64,000 nt of DNA from positions 62,001 to 126,000 of the forward strand of contig NW_019217899.1 of NCBI RefSeq assembly GCF_002571385.2, given 5' to 3'. Of this stretch, positions 59,867-64,000 are shown piece by piece. How positions within the stretch are numbered: position 1 is the first letter of the stretch; each line of letters opens with the position of its first letter. The stretch comes from Stylophora pistillata (taxonomy: Eukaryota). A program made the position numbers and the translations under genes. The notes under the pieces were generated by a model. It made no database searches, was not told the DNA's origin, and worked only from the letters and a program-made list of their open reading frames with translations.

Positions 59867-60850
59867 TTCCTTGAAAGCGCCAAACAACGAATATGTGCAG
59901 GTTTCCCGGCACGGTCGATCGGTGCTTAAGGACAGGCTTGGAAGGTCTTGCTCTGTAACTCGGAAGTAAGGCTAACTTCCGTCGCAACACTGCTAACCCC
60001 GTTTGGTGTATCATATAAGCTATCTTTTCTTATTTACCGAGCATCCAACTAAGATTTATCCTTTCTTTTATTTCATGGAAAAATGGGAAGACAACACCGA
60101 CTTCGTAGAAACAGGCGCGATACCATTTTGATTCAAAAAAGTCCTGGTGGCTTACACGCAGCTAAATCTACCATCAAGCGTTAAAAAAATCATCTTTATT
60201 TCTAAGTTTGTTTTCAGAATTCTTATATATCCCTTACAGCCCAAATTTTTAAGAGTCAGGGACGAAATGCGATGACTCCGCAATTTTACTGACTGAATTA
60301 TATAATGTGTTAACTTTACTTATTATTACGTTCTTAGAATTCTGTGATACACTGAATCGTTTGTTTATTTGATAATCGAAAACGTTCTTATTCTTCCGTT
60401 TCTTCTAAGAATGACCTTGAAGTGCTTGAATCCTTTGATGTTTTTCTTGGTTTTATTCAAATGATTTACTCTTCCGGATTTTCCACGACGATCGTGGTTC
60501 TCAGAAATGTGGAGATCCGAGGATTCTCAACTTCTCGGAGGCACGGGATGCTTTATGAATTTTGTGAATATGATTACAATAGCTGATTTTAGGAATCTTT
60601 GCATATATTTGAAGCCTCAGAGAGATTGTTTTCATGTTCCTGTTGGAAATAACTTTCGAGAAAGGCCATAACTGCATTTTGAGTGAAGAAGCCTCTAATT
60701 TCCGGTTTTTCTTAGTTTACGATGTCACGTAAGTGAATTTCTCGTTGGTGGCGAGAGCATCCGAATGATAACCGAAGCATGACCGACTGTCCGAAATGTA
60801 ACCTCGGTTGAGTAATTCGTCGAAAACGGGAAGTTTGTCATTTCTCGGAA
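59867..60850 (+). promoter_or_regulatory. Cluster of 8 GAS (TTCN3GAA) motifs upstream of the STAT start codon
   Basis: Sites at 59867, 60072, 60102, 60331, 60403, 60498, 60816 and 60842. Confidence 0.65.
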
Positions 60851-61060
60851 AGACGATTGGTGTCCATCGATATAAAAGCGAAAGGCCGCGTTAAAATCGA
60901 TTAGATCTGTTTACCTCTGGTGTAATGAGGAGTTAAGCGCAAGCCGAGCGATAGTGTGAGAATTATAAGTCAGCCCTTCGAATTTCATATTTCGTGGTGG
61001 CGTTGACTTTGAGAGGCACATTTCAAGAGAATTTAACCCTGGTTAATTTATTAAGCAGTT

Positions 61061-63064
61061 ATGTCGTTTTGGGATACTTTTCAGAACTTAGAATCACATG
61101 TTAAAACCAAGATCCTTACAGAGCTTCAAACCATTTTTGGCGCATCGTTTGAATTCGAGGCGTGCATTTACTTGATGCAGTGGTTGGTTCATCAGTCATG
61201 GTGAGTTGAAAGACGTGACGTGAAATTCTGCTGTTTCTACTGTCTGTGCTTTTTTTTTGTATCCAAAAATCCAAAGAGTTACCTTCCCCCCTCCTGCTCA
61301 CCATATGACGTTTCCAAATCTTCGTCTCACTTGGGATTTTTTCAATAATGATTTTCTGGGAACTCTTTTTCATTTTCTTCGTTTAGAAACAGAGATTTCC
61401 CAATTTTTTCACTTCCCCTGCTTTATCTTAAAAAAGGATACAACACTGATTAGCATTGTGGCCAGGAACAGGGAATATCTTACTTCCATAAAAAAAATAT
61501 AGATAAAATATATGTCTATTTATAAACAAACGAGCAAACGAGCAAACAAGCAAACACAGTATGAAATGATTAAAATAAACAAACAAACTAAAAAATCAAA
61601 ACAGAAAGGAGGGCTTTTAAAGCCATAACCAACATGATATTCATAAATTTAGGGTTGCAGTAAACCTCAAAAGAAAACAAGGTGTGCATCTCCATGACAC
61701 CTCACATGCTTATATGGACTTTGAAGGGTTGTATTGCATGTTGTTTGACTGTGTTTTTACAGAAACGACCCTTCTTCATCAACCTGACTAGCTTTGGTTC
61801 CTTATTATTTGTTTTACAGAAAATTTAAGCCTGTCTCTTTTTTTGTCTCCAGGGATGAGGCAATTGACCCAAATCTTCAGGGATCAAGTGTGATAAAAGC
61901 TAAACAGTTAATGGATGCCACCATATCCCACCTGAATCTACATAAACAAAAGGTAGGCATACAGTACAGCAAGAAATAATCAGCAATGAACCTTGAGTCT
62001 TGTTGTTCTGTACATTTGCTTTGACAATAATTTAAGCAACATTTCTGTTGCTTTACAGCTAGAAGGTCTGGCTGCATCTATGAATGACTTCCACAACATG
62101 CTTTTAGCAAAGAAAGTAGAGGAAGTGATTCATAAAATAGAGGTAAGTTGATAGTGAGTAACCAATAAAGTGTAATTTTATATCCAGTGATCCCTATCTT
62201 TTGTTTATATGCTCATTTTGATTTCTCCTTTTATACTTATATTTTGACAACTTCATAACACATTTGACCTGTTTATGATGTCGCCAACAATCAATGGGTT
62301 CAATCATTTCTTTTTAAGTAAGAATAATGTATGCAAAATCTGAGATCTTCATTGAGTGTTTGAGCCCCTAATACACTTAGTGTTATGCACCTGTAGGAGG
62401 TTTAGCAGCCAATATTTTGCGGTATTGCCATCAAAAACAGCAGTTAGGTTATATTAATCCTTACACTATTATGGGGCTGCTGCTGTCTCTCATGAACCCT
62501 GTGGAACTATACACCATTACATTTTCATTGTTAGGAGAGCTATGGTAATGATCCAGTGAAGCTTGCTCAGTATTTCTATGGGGTTGTTTCTAAACTGAGA
62601 GAATTGGTCCAGAATGCAGTCTCTGTAAGTATATATAGTAACTTGGAGTAATGAACAGTGCATGCAAATTCTGCAGCAAGTGTTTTGAAGACTCACTTGC
62701 TCATGTACAGTTGCTTGCGACTGTAGTTTAGCAATTTCAGGAAATGCAGTCTATTCTTTGCCAATTGTATTTGTGATAACAAATGCACTGACACACAGTA
62801 GGAAAGAAGTGTGCTTGGGTTTGTTTGTTTGTAGTGAACTTGGATTCATCTTTCAGTACCTTGGGAGATTGATCTCTGTTTCAATTGGTTGTGTTACCTA
62901 TTTTCCATTGATTTTTCTTTTTCATCGTAAGAGAATTAATTTGTTTGGGTAATTTGTATAGGTAATCGCATGGGGCCAAGTAAAATTAAGGATTAATAAT
63001 TATCACGCGTGTTTTCAAAAATTGCTGAAATTGCCTGAGTCGTGAAGCGATGAGGGCAATTTCA

Positions 63065-63095
<31 letters not shown>

Positions 63096-63997
63096 GTTAA
63101 TTTTACGAGGACCCATTGCGATTACTTGTTAATGAAATTGATGGGAAAACTACTGAATTTCTGAATGCGCTCTTCAGTAATCAGTCATAGGAAGCCATTT
63201 AAAGTTAACAGAGAATCAATGGCCACAAACGTACGAATGAGCTGAATGAAATTTTATTTTGGACAAAGATACCAGAACTTTGGATAGGCTTTTGATTTTA
63301 GATATCTCTCCAGTGATGCCTGCATTACTTTCAGGCAGTCGGGCTTATATTCATCCCCATTTTCTTTTTGTAACTCGGCATAAGACTGCGCCAGTGTTCG
63401 GTCAAGGACATCACTCTCATACTCTTCTAAATTTGCTTGGAAGTTTCTTTCATTCGCCCACTTTTTAAAAACGTTTTTCCAGTACTCTGTGCTTTTCCTC
63501 ATGTTTTCGTTTTCACTCTTGTCTTTTCATTCTTCAATATATTCCTTGTCAACTATCTCAAAATGAGACGCCATTGTTACAGAAAATCTCCAGCAACAAC
63601 TTTTTGATAGCATAAGCTGTTGCTAGGCAACCTGAGTACCACTCATGAGCTAGTAAGTTTGCCCTCTTCTCAAGCAAAAATAAGAAAAAATACCCTCTTC
63701 ATTGAGCGATCAGCATTCAGTAACTTTTCCCTCTATTTTATTAGATACTCAAGAGGGTTGTTATATCAAATAATTATTTTTGTGCTGAGAAATTTTGTTT
63801 ACAACCACGTAATTTCTTTTAGTAAAATCTGTAGGTTTAGGTCTTTAGTGAGGTCTTCTCTGTGTTGTTCAAACCTTAAGATTTCATTGGAATCAACAAC
63901 AACAATAGATATGGAGGACATGGATACTGAAGATAGTGCTCCAGACCCACATGTTGCTCTGCGCAAGCGACTGGATGTTCTTGTCAAGGATAGTCAG
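61061..63997 (+). CDS. STAT: STAT-family transcription factor, N-terminal domain and start of coiled coil (5 exons; gene continues beyond window)
   Basis: Exons 61061-61200, 61853-61952, 62059-62142, 62535-62624, 63881-63997 splice in frame: MSFWDTFQNLESH...FGASFEFEACIYLMQWLVHQSW|DEAIDP...KAKQLMD...ESYGNDPVKLAQYFYGVVSKLRELVQNA. This aligns by eye with STAT N-domains (MSQW..LQQL..; FPMEIRQYLAQWLEKQDW; Y..DP). Confidence 0.8.
62958..63743 (-). mobile_element. Crypton-like (DUF3504/KIAA1958/ZMYM-related tyrosine recombinase) deletion derivative in STAT intron 4
   Basis: Pseudo-ORF 63574-63254: MASHFEIVDKEYIEE*KDKSENENMRKSTEYWKNVFKKW...LDRTLAQSYAELQKENGDEYKPDCLKVMQASLERYLK. 170-bp hairpin at 62958-63129 plus a second IR pair (taatgaaattgatgggaaaactactgaat / attcagtaacttttccctctattttatta). 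Confidence 0.8.
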
Positions 63998-64000
63998 GTA

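Overview
Eukaryotic, AT-rich, intron-containing genomic DNA with two assembly gaps. The gene and repeat content suggests a cnidarian, probably a stony coral (inference). I reconstructed seven host genes by hand from splice sites: an orphan class A GPCR (-), a heparan sulfate 3-O-sulfotransferase (+), the 11-exon molybdenum cofactor sulfurase MOCOS (-) head-to-head with a 10-exon ZNF830 (+), a 4-exon universal stress protein (-), TMEM170 (-), and the first five coding exons of a divergent STAT (+) that the ORF track largely misses. Introns and intergenic DNA hold CR1/L2 fragments, a 5'-inverted RTE interrupted by a CR1/L2, Penelope-like RT, GIY-YIG and hammerhead remnants, a tRNA-derived SINE and several MITE classes. 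Main leads: (1) sequence-unrelated Crypton-like elements sharing one architecture (long hairpin capped by a GNA mini-hairpin, an ATAA-N5-TTAT junction and a second inverted-repeat pair), one of them inserted precisely into the end of another, which suggests folded-ssDNA site-specific recombination; (2) a dense cluster of GAS and ISRE motifs upstream of a STAT whose N-domain lacks the conserved Arg31/Glu39/Glu112 network; (3) a Pack-MULE-like element carrying a TATA box and a signal-anchor exon in frame with the USP gene. All calls were made by eye; no searches or folding programs were run.
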